A DNA stretch of 64,000 nt from Octopus vulgaris (taxonomy: Eukaryota). Of this stretch, positions 24,095 through 37,793 are shown piece by piece. Made by a program: the position numbers and the translations under genes. The stretch's first letter is position 1. The number at the start of each line of letters is the position of its first letter. The stretch lies in NCBI GenBank assembly GCA_951406725.2, contig OX597831.1:54002001-54066000 (forward strand), in the 5' to 3' direction. Under the pieces are notes generated by a model. It was not told where the DNA came from, ran no database searches, and was given only the letters and a program-made list of their open reading frames with translations.

Positions 24095-25494
24095 CATAGA
24101 ATATACTATGATGATAATACAATCTTAAAAATCAAATTATGTAGCTTCATCTCGGCAAATAATTTTCATTATAATATTTATAAATAAAATACTCACAAGT
24201 GACAATTAAAACCACGTCCAGAATCAATTCAGAGAGGATTTACCGTCTTACCAGAATATATAAGACTCACATAATATCAATTTCTTTTGACTAGGTGCAA
24301 AATCTAACTATTGTAGGTGAAATAGCATAATTCAATTGAATTGTAGCCTTATCAGCTACAAAGGGAAAACATGCAAAGTTAATTTCTGGTGGGATTTCAA
24401 GTGACTGGAACATTAAAATGCATATTATTGGTATGGCATACAGAAAAAGGGAAATGATTTTGAAAAAAAAGGTAGTCATAGAGATAATTGGAGTAATGGT
24501 TGTCAAATGATTTCCTTATAGGAGCAAAAATGAATGATGTCAAATGATTTTCTTAGTAAAATACAATCCCTTAAACAATTAAAAAAATAAAACTGCAAGT
24601 ATTTAATACAAAATCTTCTCTTATGAATAAATAATAAAGTATGAAAATTGACAAGATTAAAATCAAAGTAGAAATCATTTACAATAATTGTCCTGTTTTC
24701 AGTTTTTTATTTAAACAAGTCTGAAAATTATACTCAACGAATAAAAATTAATGTTTTTTTTTTCTCTCTAAAATCAAGAGGAAAGTCTTTGAATGTAAAA
24801 CTTTAAAAAGAAATCCTATTTTTACTTTAATTCCATTATCATATAAATTCCTGTTTTATTTTTTCCTTTATATAAATTAAAACAAAAATTATTAAACATT
24901 CAAACAATAAAAGCTTCAATTTATTTTTGTTCTTGCTATAGCCATTTGTGGGTTCACTTGATGTTTTTGATCTATGAATATTTTGTGACTGTTAATTAAC
25001 TCAATATTGCTTTACTTCACAGATTGCTATACTTTATTGCTTTCCTAAAACGTTAATTTCTCATACATTATTCCATTGTTAAATCAATGATTGTTATTGT
25101 TCATCACTTTTTAGTTAGCATTATCTAACAGTTGTGATGTAGAAATCTGTGATCTTACATACTGGTTCCTGAACTGAACACTACCCTCTCCTTAGTTATA
25201 GCACTGGGATTTCTTTTGGGAGCTTATTAATGAAGGCATTCAAAAGAAGGCATTAGTTACAGGCAAGCCTTTATTTAAATCAAAAGCAAGAATCTTTTAT
25301 TCTTTCCACAAATTACTATTTGTCTGACAATTCTGTTTTATTAGTTCTGTGATACGTTTAGGTTCATGTAGAATATTAATTTTGAATCTTGCGAAAATAC
25401 CATTTAAAAATAGCTCTTTTTAGCTTATGTCTTTGCTATGACAGAAATTCTTCTTGACCTGTCAATTGCTGAAGAAAACATTTTATGCTGTCAG

Positions 25495-25612
25495 TCAGCC
25501 AACTAGAAATAACAACCAAATCTCTCTGAAACTATATCCATCTTTAAGAAATAATGGAAGGACACATTGGTTATTGTGACTCTAAAAATAAGGCAGGATG
25601 ATCATGGCTAAA
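25495..25612 (-). mobile_element. Repeat family E copy
   Basis: 'ctagaaataacaaccaaatctctc...ggacacattgg...ggatgatcatggct'. Confidence 0.6.
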
Positions 25613-26224
25613 AGATAGAATTAACAACATATAAAAGTTGTCAATATGTAGATTGCTCATGAAGTAATGGAAAAGGTATTAGGATACATAATTGCTTCCT
25701 TTCCAATAACTTCTGTCTTGTCGTCATACCATTTTTTTTTTTTTGCAGACACATTTCTTATTTATTTTTTATCTATCTATCAAGTTCCTTTAATTTTATC
25801 CTTCCACCTCTGGTAGATCAGCCACATTTTAACTCTTCCCCAGGTTTTGTCTTTAAATTTATTTTCATGCCATGTTACTATTTATTGTTTCGTTCTTTCT
25901 CTCTTTTTCTATCTCGTATCCTCCTCTTTTGGTGATACTTTTATCTCTCACTTTAGGAAATGATTAATCTTGCACTTAGTGGGTTGCAGAGCACATAGAA
26001 AAGAGATTGTTGAGACTCTATCAGTTAACCTCTTTTCTTATTTGTCAAATTTTTTCTTAAATGGAGAAATATAGGATTAGTAATTGTAAATGCTTATATT
26101 TTCTGCTCTTTTCTCTCAAATATTCATACTACAGAAGGTTTGCTTTTCTATTCAGTTGTTACCAAAGATATATTACAGCGTATCTCCAAGTTTCAGATCT
26201 TGCCTTGATCTCAATATTTGATCT

Positions 26225-26408
26225 TTATCTTTTACTTGTTTCAATCATTAGACTGCAGCATTGCTTGGGCACCGACTTGATGAATTATTTTAAAGTTCTT
26301 ATTTTCTTAAAATGTGGTACTTATATCATTCTTTTGCCAAACTGCTAAGTTATGGGGACATAACCACACTAGAACAAGTTGTCAAACAGTAGTAGTGATG
26401 GGGAACAA

Positions 26409-26467
<59 letters not shown>

Positions 26468-26633
26468 TATATGACAGGCTACTTTCAGTTTCTGTCTTCC
26501 AAATCCACTCACAAGGCCTTTTCGGCCTGAGACCATAGTAAAAGACACTTGTCCAATGTACCATGCAGTGAGACTGAACCCCAAACTATGTGGTTGGGAA
26601 GCAAGTTTCTTACCATACAGTTATACCTTCACC
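26225..26633 (-). mobile_element. SINE family A with internal (CA)n(TA)n
   Basis: 'ctttcagtttctgtcttccaaatccactcacaaggc...gactgaaccccaaactatgtggttgggaagcaag'. Confidence 0.85.
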
Positions 26634-27539
26634 TATGTATATATGTCTTGAATTATAATTTATGTTTACATGATACAAATGTTTTCCAAGTATAGAGCTA
26701 ACACACGGTGGTCTAAAATAAAGGGTATTTAATGTTTAATGTTTTTTAATGAATATTTATATATTCAGTTTCCAATTGTAAAGTTAGCTTTTGCTAATTC
26801 ATTTTTTCTATCTAAATTTGATTTTCATTCTGGCATTGGATAAGCAAATTTGATCTTTTGAAGAGAATCATTTTAAATCTCTTCTCAGTGTGAAATATTA
26901 TGAAGAGATGGTACTTAACTTGAATATAGAATAGTACATCTTTAAATGCAGTGGAATTTTAACTCTTAATTTTAACTGATAAGGGGATGATAAAACTAGT
27001 AGAGCAGCTGGCAAAATACTTTGTGGTATATTTGTTTATATCATTTTATATTTCAAATTCAAGTACAACTGAGCTTCATTTTACTTTTCACTCTTCTAGA
27101 ATTGATTAAATAAGTAGAGAGGTTGTTATAATGGTACAGTGACTGAAATCAGTGAAGTTTGAACTGTAATGATAAATAGACAATTTGCTTAGGTTACAGT
27201 TTTTCAGATTATCAACATTATCTTTAAAATGAAGTTTTATTTTTTATTTTTAATACTTAATCGATGAATAAGATACATAATGATAGTTGGAGATGGAACT
27301 GATTGAATGCAAATATTAGACATTTTTTAATTTCTAAAATTTACATTAATAGTAAAAAAAATTGAATTCTAACAAATAGTTTCTCTTGTATATTTATTAT
27401 GATTTACTGTTTTTCATTTTGAGGAAGACATTAATATAATGTTTAACAAATTTTGATAAAAATTATAGTTTTAACTATTTAAATGTTTGTTTTTTTTTTT
27501 TTCATACGACCTATATCTCTCTGCCTGAACAAATTATTT

Positions 27540-27563
27540 CTGACTCATGCTTGCATGAGTCAG
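27540..27563. promoter_or_regulatory. Perfect 11-bp-arm palindrome containing two AP-1 consensus sites
   Basis: cTGACTCAtgc-tt-gcaTGAGTCAg. Confidence 0.3.
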
Positions 27564-27564
27564 T

Positions 27565-27740
27565 TAAGTGAACATTAAGCAATGATGTGTGTGTGTACAT
27601 TGCAACCAGATGCCCTTCCTGTTGTCAACCCTCACCTGTTTTCAAGCAATAAAATATTTCAGCATGGAAATATGGAAATGAACGTATGTAATAGTGATGC
27701 ATATTTACAATCATCACATGAAGTTAAGATAAGGATACAC
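27565..27740 (-). mobile_element. RTE-3'UTR-related fragment
   Basis: 'ccagatgcccttcctgttgtcaaccctcacctgttttcaagc'. Confidence 0.5.
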
Positions 27741-27761
27741 ACACACACACACTCATATATA

Positions 27762-27911
27762 ATGGGATTCTTTCAGTGTCTGTCCACACAATTACAAAGC
27801 CTTAGTCAACCCAGACTTATAGTAGTGGACACTTGCCCAAAGTACTGTACAGTTGGACTGAATCTAAGACCACATGGTTGGGAAGTAAACTTCTTAACCA
27901 CACAGCCACAC

Positions 27912-27914
<3 letters not shown>
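27762..27914 (-). mobile_element. SINE family A head
   Basis: 'gacacttgcccaaagtactgtacagttggactgaatctaagaccacatggttgggaagtaaacttcttaaccacacagccac'. Confidence 0.8.
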
Positions 27915-27984
<70 letters not shown>

Positions 27985-27990
27985 CATACA
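27913..27990. repeat. (TG)n(TA)n microsatellite
   Basis: Seen directly. Confidence 0.95.
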
Positions 27991-28002
27991 TGCGCCCATT
28001 AT

Positions 28003-28372
28003 TCTTTTGTTTCAGTCATTTGACTGCAGCCATGCTGGAGCACCACTTTAAAAGATTTTAGTCAAACAAATTAACCCCACAACCTAGTCCTTGTAAGCCT
28101 AGTATTTATTCTATCAATCGCTTTTGCCGAACTACTAAGTTACAGGGAAGTAAACACAGGGACAACATTGGTTGTCAAGTGATGATGTGGGGGACGAACA
28201 CAAACACAGACACACACATGAATATATATATAACGGGCTTCTTTCAGTTTCCGTGTACCAAATCCACTCAAATCTTTAGTCATTTTGAGGCTGTAGTAGA
28301 AGGTGCCATGCAGTGAGACTGAACCAAAAACCATGAGGTTGGGAAGCAAGCTTCTTACCACACAGCCACACA
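28003..28372 (-). mobile_element. SINE family A
   Basis: 'gtttcagtcatttgactgcagccatgctggagcacc' ... 'ggaagcaagcttcttaccacacagccac'. Confidence 0.88.
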
Positions 28373-30576
28373 TGATAAAGCTGTTAAATATTATTTTAAG
28401 TTATAAGAGTTTCTTAATCAAAGTTATTTGCAGTGGAAATATACAGATTGTGAATCACTAAATACTTAATGTATACTGAGTACAGTACTCCAACATGAGC
28501 TTAGCCATGATAGATGAACGAACTGATATTCCAGTTCTTGTCTGTAAAGCTCTTCAATAATAATTAATCTTTATTGACGTTAAAAGGAAGACCTGATTAC
28601 TTATTCTGGAAACCCTTGAGTATTTTCTGATTTAAATAGAATGTAGTGTTGAGAAATCTTACAAGTCATATAGAATAAGCTAAACAAATATAGTATGATC
28701 TTGACATGAATCAGCTTGTATTTATAAAAGGTACCTCGAAGAAGTGAATACAGTTTCTTTTACTTTGCAGATCAACAGAGTATAATACTCTGCCTAATTA
28801 TACATGTCAGTTTAATATTTGCATGTATTTCTGGGCTGAAATCCTCTTAGTTAAAATGGACAGAAATTTGAATTTTAAATGCCATTATATACCTTTTTAT
28901 TGTCTGTTTTCATAAGAAGCAAATATTCATTCCTCTGCAATTTTTTCTCTTATCTACTGTTTCCATGCAGTGTGTGTTGTCTAGTGATATTCTCTGTATT
29001 GGTTTCCAAATAAATGTTTCTTAATTTTCTTGTTCTATCAATTGAATTCAAGTAGTAGATCTTGATAGACTGACCAGTTTTTAATAAGATATAAACTTGC
29101 TTTAGTAACTGAAAATATATTCACAACAATAACTTTAATATCTTTTTATTTTGTAAATTTTCTTAAGTTTTCCTATTCTATATACTCTTCATTCAAATAA
29201 TCTCATTTTTACTTCAATAATATTTCGAAGTTTCTCATAAATCTGTCCATTTTCTCTTTTATCAAATCCCTTTATCATATTCTTATACATTTATATATTC
29301 CATTTGTCTCTACATTAACCAAATTTGTACAACATATATATTGCATATTAAAATTTTTCTGAATACTTTAAAATATATTCAACAATTAAAAATTAAGATT
29401 ACTTGCTACATAAGCAATATTCTAACATAGATGAAAATTGTGATCATTTTTATTATTTTGAATATATTTTGTGATTACATATGAGGGAATATTTTATTGA
29501 AATTTCACATTGTTTCTTATCAGTGTTTCCTGGATTATAAACGATTAAAACATTTACTCTTCATCCTCTTTTGATTTTCCTACACTGGTTTTGCACTCCT
29601 TCTGCCTTTTCCCTCACCACTTCACATCAATTGTTTTGGCTAGAGTTGTTCTGAGTTTGTATGTATATTAAAATTAATGTCTCATATTTATGATATAGTA
29701 GGTTGAAAGACTTTAAGTGAGATTACTCATGCAGACAGTAGATCAAAAACTCTTTTCAGAATTGTTTAAAATCTAAAAAAAAACAGCAAATGAAGATGAT
29801 TGTGATGTAATGAACTATTTGAAATGTTTAGAAAATAAAGGCTATACAGATTGGAGTCAATCATCTCTTTAAAGTCATCTGGTAAAAGCAATGGACATGT
29901 TTTAATCTTGTTGGATTTCCTCAATAAAGCATATTCACTTCATGAAGCAATACTTGTATACGGTCAGTGTGTATAGAAATAGAGGGAATGTAGCAACACT
30001 TAGGAATATCAACAGTTGGACTGAGGAGAAAATACCTCATGAGAGCATTGTGTGTGCTAAATATTTCTTGTAATCTTACACATAAATGTAGGAAAATGAA
30101 AAAGTTTGATTAGTATGTGATATTGAATGCAATCAGAAAAATAAATGCCCTCAAGGTAGTTGATACTTTATCATGTGTGTGTTTTGTTAGCAGTAAGCAG
30201 AAGAGCACCCCTCTTAAGGTCCTTGCCTCAACCGTATTGTTGATATTCATAATGACCATCAATACACACACATCACTCTCTCCCTCCCCTGTGTATGTAT
30301 GATTGTTTATGATTGTGCAGGTGTATGTATGATTATGCATGTGTATGTGTGTATATTGTACACTTTCATTTCTTGCTTTGCTGAGGTCTAATAAGATCAA
30401 AATGTTGTTCTTTGCTGATGTATAATAAAACCAAAACCTGTAGTTGCTTTTACCAGTTGGTTTTTATATCTTTCATCTGCATCATCTTTATATCCCAAAA
30501 TTTCAATCATTTGATTTTGCTGTAGTTCTCTCCCTTTCTTGCTGTCTTTATTATTATTATTATTATTATTATTATT

Positions 30577-31112
30577 GAGTGAGAGAGCAGTGCATGCCAT
30601 CAAAGTGACACAGGGGTAAAATATACAAAGCCCAGTATACCCATCATGACTACCCAGGCACATGCATCACAACCATATGTGCGCGACATGGTGATCTCAT
30701 ATCAAGATAAACAGCACATGACCTTGCAGGTGGGGCCCAGTTAGAATTTTCTTCAGGTCGAGTAGCTCATCTTGCTCAAAAGGTTCCTGAATAAGGGTTG
30801 CTTTAGGATGTTGAACGAAACACCCATGTTTCCAGAGGTGAATTATTCAAACTCCAAAGAATCCCTCTCAACACATGGCTATGATGCTCCCCCACTACTT
30901 CTGCTCATGATCAGAAATGCACGTATTGTCAGCCACTAAGGGATATGTTCAAATGGTTATGGTCAAACAACTGACAAGCAAATCTGTGGTATTGAGTAGA
31001 ATATTTGCTGTAGCCCATCTTTTATACCAAGACAAAACAATGTACATGATAACACTTCCAATCAGTTAAGATCAGAAGCCATGAGAGCCACTGCCTGGTA
31101 CTGCATCATGGC

Positions 31113-31114
<2 letters not shown>
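30577..31114. mobile_element. ~540-bp non-coding element inserted within a (TTA)n microsatellite
   Basis: GC-richer block with (TTA)n on both sides (30548-30576, 31115-31145); no ORF. Confidence 0.6.
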
Positions 31115-31145
<31 letters not shown>

Positions 31146-32129
31146 GTTTTTCCTTCTTTCTTCAAATTTTCTTCCGTTTCTTCCGTGTTTTCCATTTATT
31201 ATTATTATTATTATTATTTATTTCTTTATATTTTTTGTAAACACTCCCTGAGGGATCTTTTGTCTGGAGACTGCATGAATAATCTTAGTTAATTGAACTT
31301 TTTCAACTCACTATATTACATATGTGAGAGACCCTATATTATATGTATTTAGTATGCATAATGCTCCCCAGGGTATTTTCCTTCAGCTGTATTGTGTGTA
31401 TTAGAAACGCTATTCGGCCATTTTCCCATCTTATCAACATTTGATTTCTTTCATTGAAATCTGATACTGGAATGCACACACACCCACACACACTGTTTAT
31501 GTGTGTGTATATATGTCTATTATATATGTTTTAGCAATCAAAATAAGAAAATAAATGTGAATTCTATTCCTGTACCATCTCAATACTTTAGATAGTAATG
31601 TTTATTTTTTAGTTTTATATTTATGTTTAGTAATTCTGATGTAAAGCCCTTTGGGTTTGAAATGTGCATAAAGAAAATTTAGACTTGCAGAAGAGCAGAG
31701 TAGACTAGCATTTATAAGAGTACTGAACATATTGTTTCAGCAATTATAGTAAGCAACTATTTGGTCTTCTAACTGAAATGTTGTATTGATTTCTGAAGTG
31801 AAATAAAATGTTTTAGTTCTACAGTTTGTTTCCATTTCTAAAGGATTTTCATACATCAGCTAGAGCAGTAATAATGTTGGCCTTTTGATTAAGATCAAAA
31901 GTATTGAAAACCTACTAGGACTAATGTTGGCAGAAAGAACAAAACCTTTTCAGTAATTCTGTGCTAGCTCAGTACAATGCATTTTGTACATTATAATTCT
32001 TTCATTGACATTTCTTTCTTTTTAACCTTTTTATTCTTTACTCAGACTTCCCTCTTTCTCTTTAACATTCAACATTCCACTTTCACCCTCTCTTGCATAT
32101 CACTATTTGTATACTGTTTATACTTGCTC

Positions 32130-32330
32130 TCTAGTCCCAGATCAGCCCTGATTGAGCAGTTTTGTAATCAGTCATTCCAGTAGTGACCATCCTTCTTTTT
32201 GTATATCTCAGACTAAAATATCTATTGTGCCCTTTATGTTTTTCTTTTTTTTTAAGTCCATAGGGTAGGATATTTTAAGACTTGGTTGCTATGTCTACCA
32301 AATCAACTAGCTACAAAAGAGCATTCTTTT
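32130..32330 (+). mobile_element. Repeat family E copy
   Basis: 'cccagatcagccctgattgagcag...cattccagtagtgaccatcc'. Confidence 0.6.
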
Positions 32331-32518
32331 CTTGGTAGCTTGATTATATATATTTATGTATCTAATGTTGCCAGACATAATCCAAGAGCTATATATAAAT
32401 TTTAGGTTTGTGAGCCTTGAGGTGTGAACAAATGTTATATGCACAGTTAAATTCTTTGCAAGGGACTTTCCATTTAAGTTTGAAGCCTTTTTTTTATATA
32501 CTCTTTTTATAAAAATTG

Positions 32519-32763
32519 TGATGCAAACAGTAGCTCAGCTACATATTAAATGTCAAAGAGAGTTGCACATGGCTTGTGATATATAACAAGAATGGCAAAA
32601 CTACAGACCCCAACTAAATAGTTTATCATAATAATGAAGATGATGATGATAAACTATTTAAATATATAGCTGTGTGCTATAGCTTTCCTCTTCCAGTTAT
32701 ACATCACAAACCACATTGTGATGCTTTGACATTTAATATGTAGCTGAGCTCCTGTTTGTATCA
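32519..32763. repeat. Nested inverted repeats (40-bp outer arms, 15-bp inner arms around (GAT)n)
   Basis: 32519-32558 vs 32724-32763 (38/40); 32615-32629 vs 32646-32660 perfect. Confidence 0.9.
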
Positions 32764-34419
32764 ATTCATATAAAAGGCTATACCAGAAATATTTCCAAGC
32801 TTAAAGGAATAACAAAACTGCACCTCACAGCTATGTATTTAAATTGTTTATATATAACTTAAATATTTTATGATCACTTTAATTGGAAATCAATAGTTAG
32901 AGGTGTGTATTAGTACTTATTTTTCATGAATTTGGTCTAAAGGAAGGGGCTTATGCCGTTGGCTTTGCAAGCCCTTTAAGCTCAATAAGTTTTTGGTTAA
33001 TGTTTCTGTTAAACAGTTGTAAGTTGCTGGTTACTGGGGTGGGATGAAGGAAGACAAACAAAAAAGTACATGGCAGTGAGGCCATAATGGGGGGAAAAAA
33101 CATAGTAGAGGGCTGACTCTCTACTCTACATGTACCTAAATTGGTTTTTATGTCATACTTTCTTAATTGCTATTTACAGTAACTTTCTACATAAAAATTT
33201 AAAATTCCTTACTGTCCTAATCACATGATTCTTTAAATGTTTAAATTTGACTCTATTAACTCAAATTGCCTCTACTAGTTTCAAATGTTTGCTGGTCTTT
33301 AACACTTAAATCTTGGTTCATTTGATTGTACTTTTCTTTTTTATGGAGTGTTTCTAGCGGAGCTTTATATTTTCATTCCTACTCATTTCAGCTACAAAAA
33401 AGATTTAAAATTTGCATGTTATGTTGTGAGAATATTCAAAATGTGTCAGTTTATAGATTGCAGCAAAGACAGTCCTATCAGATGAAACTCTGCATCAGAC
33501 TTAAACTAAAACCTCCTTAACATTTCTACAAATCTCTTGTCTTCATGGACAAAATATTGCTTCTTTCTAGAGAACCTCCTTTTCAATTGTCTGCCTGGAA
33601 AAGATCCTCTCTCATCTATTATTATATTCTATGCTTTCCTGCATGTCTGTTTGTTTTGTCTGTGTTATGCTTATGCCAAGCTAATAATTCAAATGGAGAA
33701 AAATTTATATAGAGAGAAAGAAGGATCTTTTCAATCTTAGCCACAGATTTTTTAATTAATGTTTTGAAACTAAACTATTATAAGATGTTGTTGCTCTTCC
33801 ATTACTTTTGCAAACAGCAGTAACTTTCTTCAGCTGAATACATGTCATTGATTAGTTAAAATTATCCAAATACGACAACTTTAACATGAAATAACTTCTA
33901 AAATACAAAATTTTGTCGAAAACGTTATGAGTAAACTGTGTTCTATGAGACACATTCAATCAGCATCTAAAGTTTCAAACTGTTTAGTTAAAAAGAATTA
34001 ATTAAAAAATCTGTGATTGAGATTGAAAAGATCCTGAAACAATGTCAAGAAGATCTATAAATTCATATTAATAGATAGTAAAATTAAAGTGAAATAACCT
34101 TAGTTAGCAAATAGCTAGGATGTTACACTTTTATCTTTTACATGTTACAGACCAAAGGTTGTGGTCATGCTAGGACATTACCATTATTCATTTTCTCTTT
34201 TGTGTTATTTGCTTAAATACTTAGTATTATAAGAGTAAACAGATACAGAAGGGAATGTAAATGTGATTGTTAACTAACTAGCTAGATGGATAGATATAGG
34301 TACATAGATGAGCCTACAGATATATCAACAGATATACAGAGAAGGTGATATATTAATACATATACAAATAGATAGTTAACTGAACTGAAATGTAATGAAA
34401 ATAATCTCAATTAGTAATT

Positions 34420-34612
34420 ATGTTGGGGCAAGCGAAATCGAAATCGAATTGAACCAGCCAGGATCCCTGGTCTGGTGGTACGTAAAAAGCACTATCCGAC
34501 TCGTGGCCGATGCCAGCACCGCCTCGACTGGCTTCCGTGCCGGTGGCACATAATATACACCAATCCGACCGTGGCCGTTGCCAGCCTTGCCTCGATGATG
34601 ATGATGATGATG
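34420..34612 (+). mobile_element. RTE-type 3' UTR fragment ending in (GAT)n
   Basis: 'cgtggccgatgccagcaccgcctcgactggcttccgtgccggtggcac' matches 60283-60335. Confidence 0.8.
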
Positions 34613-34964
34613 AGCAGTGGTAGTGGTTGTAAAGCAAAAGAGTATAGCTTTATGTATCACACACACACACACATACATAATAACAGATGGATTGTGGTTC
34701 ACTACAGCTGTTTCAGATGTATTACATCATGCAAAAAAAACTGTTTTCATCAGGTGAATACAGGTAAGAATTAACAATTAGAACTTCTCAAGAAAAGGAA
34801 TATAGTGCCAGATAAATTGACTGACTTTTAATTCGTCTTTTATTTCCTTAAACTGTAAAGTACATAAGCATTCCTTCTAAGTTAATTTCGATTTTTATTG
34901 AATGGCAGGATTTCAAAAGAATCTTTTGGAAATTTCTTCCTTGTATTTGATATATTAATATTTT

Positions 34965-35257
34965 CAAATGAAGCCCTGGTGGAGACCTTTGGTATTATGT
35001 TGTGCTTGAGAGAAGACCCATCAAGCCGAGCAAAATCATAGTTGTGGCAGATACCAGTGTCACACAAATGGCACCTGTGCGAGTGGCACGTAAAAGCACC
35101 CATTACACTCTCAGGCTGGTTGATGTTAGGAAGGGCATCCAGCCATAGAATCCATGCCAAATTAGACTGGAGACTGGCGCAGCCTTCCAGCTTGCCACCC
35201 CTGGTCAAACCATCCAACCCATGCCAGCATGGACAACATATTAAATGATAATGATGC
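34965..35257 (+). mobile_element. RTE 3' UTR fragment / RTE-tailed SINE
   Basis: 'gtggcacgtaaaagcacccattacactctc...ttaggaagggcatccagcc...caacccatgccagcatgg' plus (GAT) tail. Confidence 0.85.
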
Positions 35258-35364
35258 TGACTTACACCTTGGAATTTCCATGGGTTTCTCTAGTTCATTA
35301 TAAATACACATACACAATTGTCTTTCTTTACAGTTTCTATTTACCAAGGATTTAAACTGAATGT

Positions 35365-35520
35365 TATTTAACCCAAACCAACCTTGCCTTTTCAGCCATG
35401 ATCTTGGGCTTACCATATCTAGAACTACATTATATGGCCTTCCCTTTTCAAGCAAGTAAAATGCCAAATGAACAAGGTGTACCTTCTATTTCTAGCAGGT
35501 CACTCAGCTACATAGAGGCT
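35365..35520 (+). mobile_element. Repeat family E copy
   Basis: 'atctagaactacatta...ctatttctagcaggtcactcagctacatagaggct'. Confidence 0.55.
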
Positions 35521-37584
35521 TGACCCTTGATCATCAATTAAAATGTATGCCTCCTTAACAATAGTTATATTTAACTAATGTTGAAAAAAAATGTCTTCCA
35601 CCAAAGTGTTGCTGGTTCATAAGAATTGCTGCATTACTCTTTCGTGTAGTTGGTGATATTTAAGCTCTTTTTATGCATGATCATAGACATTAAAACTGAG
35701 ATCATTCTTCATTTTATACAGTCATATGTGGAACATACATCATGGCCTTTCCTTTCCTTTTATGGAAAGGTGTGATTTACATGAAATTGAGATGCTATTT
35801 TTTTATCACATTTAGTGGCTACCTATCAGCTCCTGCATTCACTTCTGTAGTTTCACATTACACAAATCAGGTACTTCTCTTTTGAAAATTTATTACATGT
35901 TCTCAACACATAGGTGTTTTGAATCATGTGGTATGTATGCTGATAAAACACCCAAAATACCCACAGTATATTTCAACTGGTAAACCCTACCCATAAGGAC
36001 ATTTGATTTCAAAATTTGACTTTTGTGATGTTACATATAGCTTACTTGAGTTACAAATAAAATTTACTCTCAATGAGTTTTGTAATACAAATTGAATAAT
36101 TGTACATATCCTTGATAGAACAGATTTATTTATTCAGAATAATATAGTCATGATTACCCGTTTTAATGTTTGTAACTTGTTGCTCATTTTAATAATTTAG
36201 TGTATTTAGTATATTATTAAGCTTTGTGTAAAGAGTTAACTTCGTTTTAGCATTTACTGATTTTTTTTTATCCAATAAAGTATTTTTCAATAAAGTATTA
36301 TCTCTGTTAACTAATATATTATTAATTCAAGTGTGCATTCTGCACACTGAACGCAAATGTTGTGTCTCACATATGTAATACAGTGAGTATAAAGAAACTT
36401 TTATCAGCTTAGATTGTTCAAGCAATTGTAAACAAAAATTATCTCCAGTGAATGTTTAAAATCTAAAAACAGACATTGTTTTAGACTTATTAGATATTTC
36501 CATTGAATATAGTCTGTTAACAAGTGCGATCAATAATACATGCGTGCGCACACACACACACACACACATGCATATGTATGTGTGCGAGAGAGAGAATTAA
36601 TGGGAATGTAAAATGTCTTTTGCTTTCAACTGTTGGCTTTAAAAGCCAGATCCATTCCTATCTGCTTTATCTATATTACCCCAAAATTTCAATTATCTCA
36701 TATTGGAGTTATATTCATTGTTTCCTTTAGATCCCACCTGAAAGGGATATTTTGTTAACTGATTGCTTGGATAATCTCAGTTGATTTAAGTTTTTCAATG
36801 AGCTATATTATATGTCAGATCTTTTATAAGTATTTGTTATATAAGTAATTGACAGCATAAATTATACATTTCTTCATTACTTAGAGCAGAATGTATTTCT
36901 TTATGCATAATTAAATCAGTATTTTTAATTTCCGGTTAAATAAGAAATTCAATCTTAGTTTTTAAAAGTACAGACAAACTTTGATTATTATGAGGGGGTG
37001 TAGTTTGGTTTTGATAACTCAGCAATTTTCAGTTATATTTTTGTATATTAGAAAAATATTTATTGTGTGTGGTTAGGTATAATATTTGTGTGTTTGTATT
37101 TGTTTATATGTATATATGTATTTATAGAGATGTATATATGTTTCTGTATATGTATTTATATATGTATGTGTATATGTATTCATATATATGTATGTGTATA
37201 TGCAAGAAGAAAATAGAGGAACAGTAACAGGAAGAAGTTGGTTGTTTGTGCAAGTGATAGTAATAGTACCTTAAAAATATGGAATGCTTCATGAATTCAT
37301 GCAAATTCATGAAGTGCTTCATATTTTTAATGTACTATTACTACCACTTTTCTTTATTAATTAATTAAATTAATGGCTTACTAGCGCAAACAACCAACGT
37401 CTTCATGTAATTTTTCATCCATTTTCTTCATGCATATAATTTAAACTACGGTTTACCCGCTGAATTACCTGCTACCATATACCTTTTACTAAGGACTCTA
37501 CATACGCAGCTAAACACCAGGAGTGCCTTTGGATTTAACCATCCCTTAGAGGTTTTAAACACCTCTAACTTATACCTACATAAC

Positions 37585-37679
37585 TTATGTATGTGTATAT
37601 ATATTTATGTGTATGTATATATATGTGTGTGTATGTATATATGTATGTGTTTGTATATATATGTATATGTGTGTATGTG

Positions 37680-37722
<43 letters not shown>

Positions 37723-37792
37723 TTGTGTGTATATGTGTTTGTATGTATATATTTGTGTGTATATGTATATATGTGTGTGTATATATATATGT
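37585..37792. repeat. Compound (TA/TG)n microsatellite
   Basis: Seen directly; source of the spurious YI/CV ORFs. Confidence 0.95.
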
Positions 37793-37793
37793 A

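Noticed and set aside
25730-25760. Isolated acceptor-like tracts (also 22540, 28770, 58438)
   Set aside because: No convincing paired donor with an open frame; poly-T runs are common here
31053-31080. Minus-strand 'ctgatcttaactgattggaag' resembling 5S rRNA
   Set aside because: Short gapped similarity with no downstream internal control region
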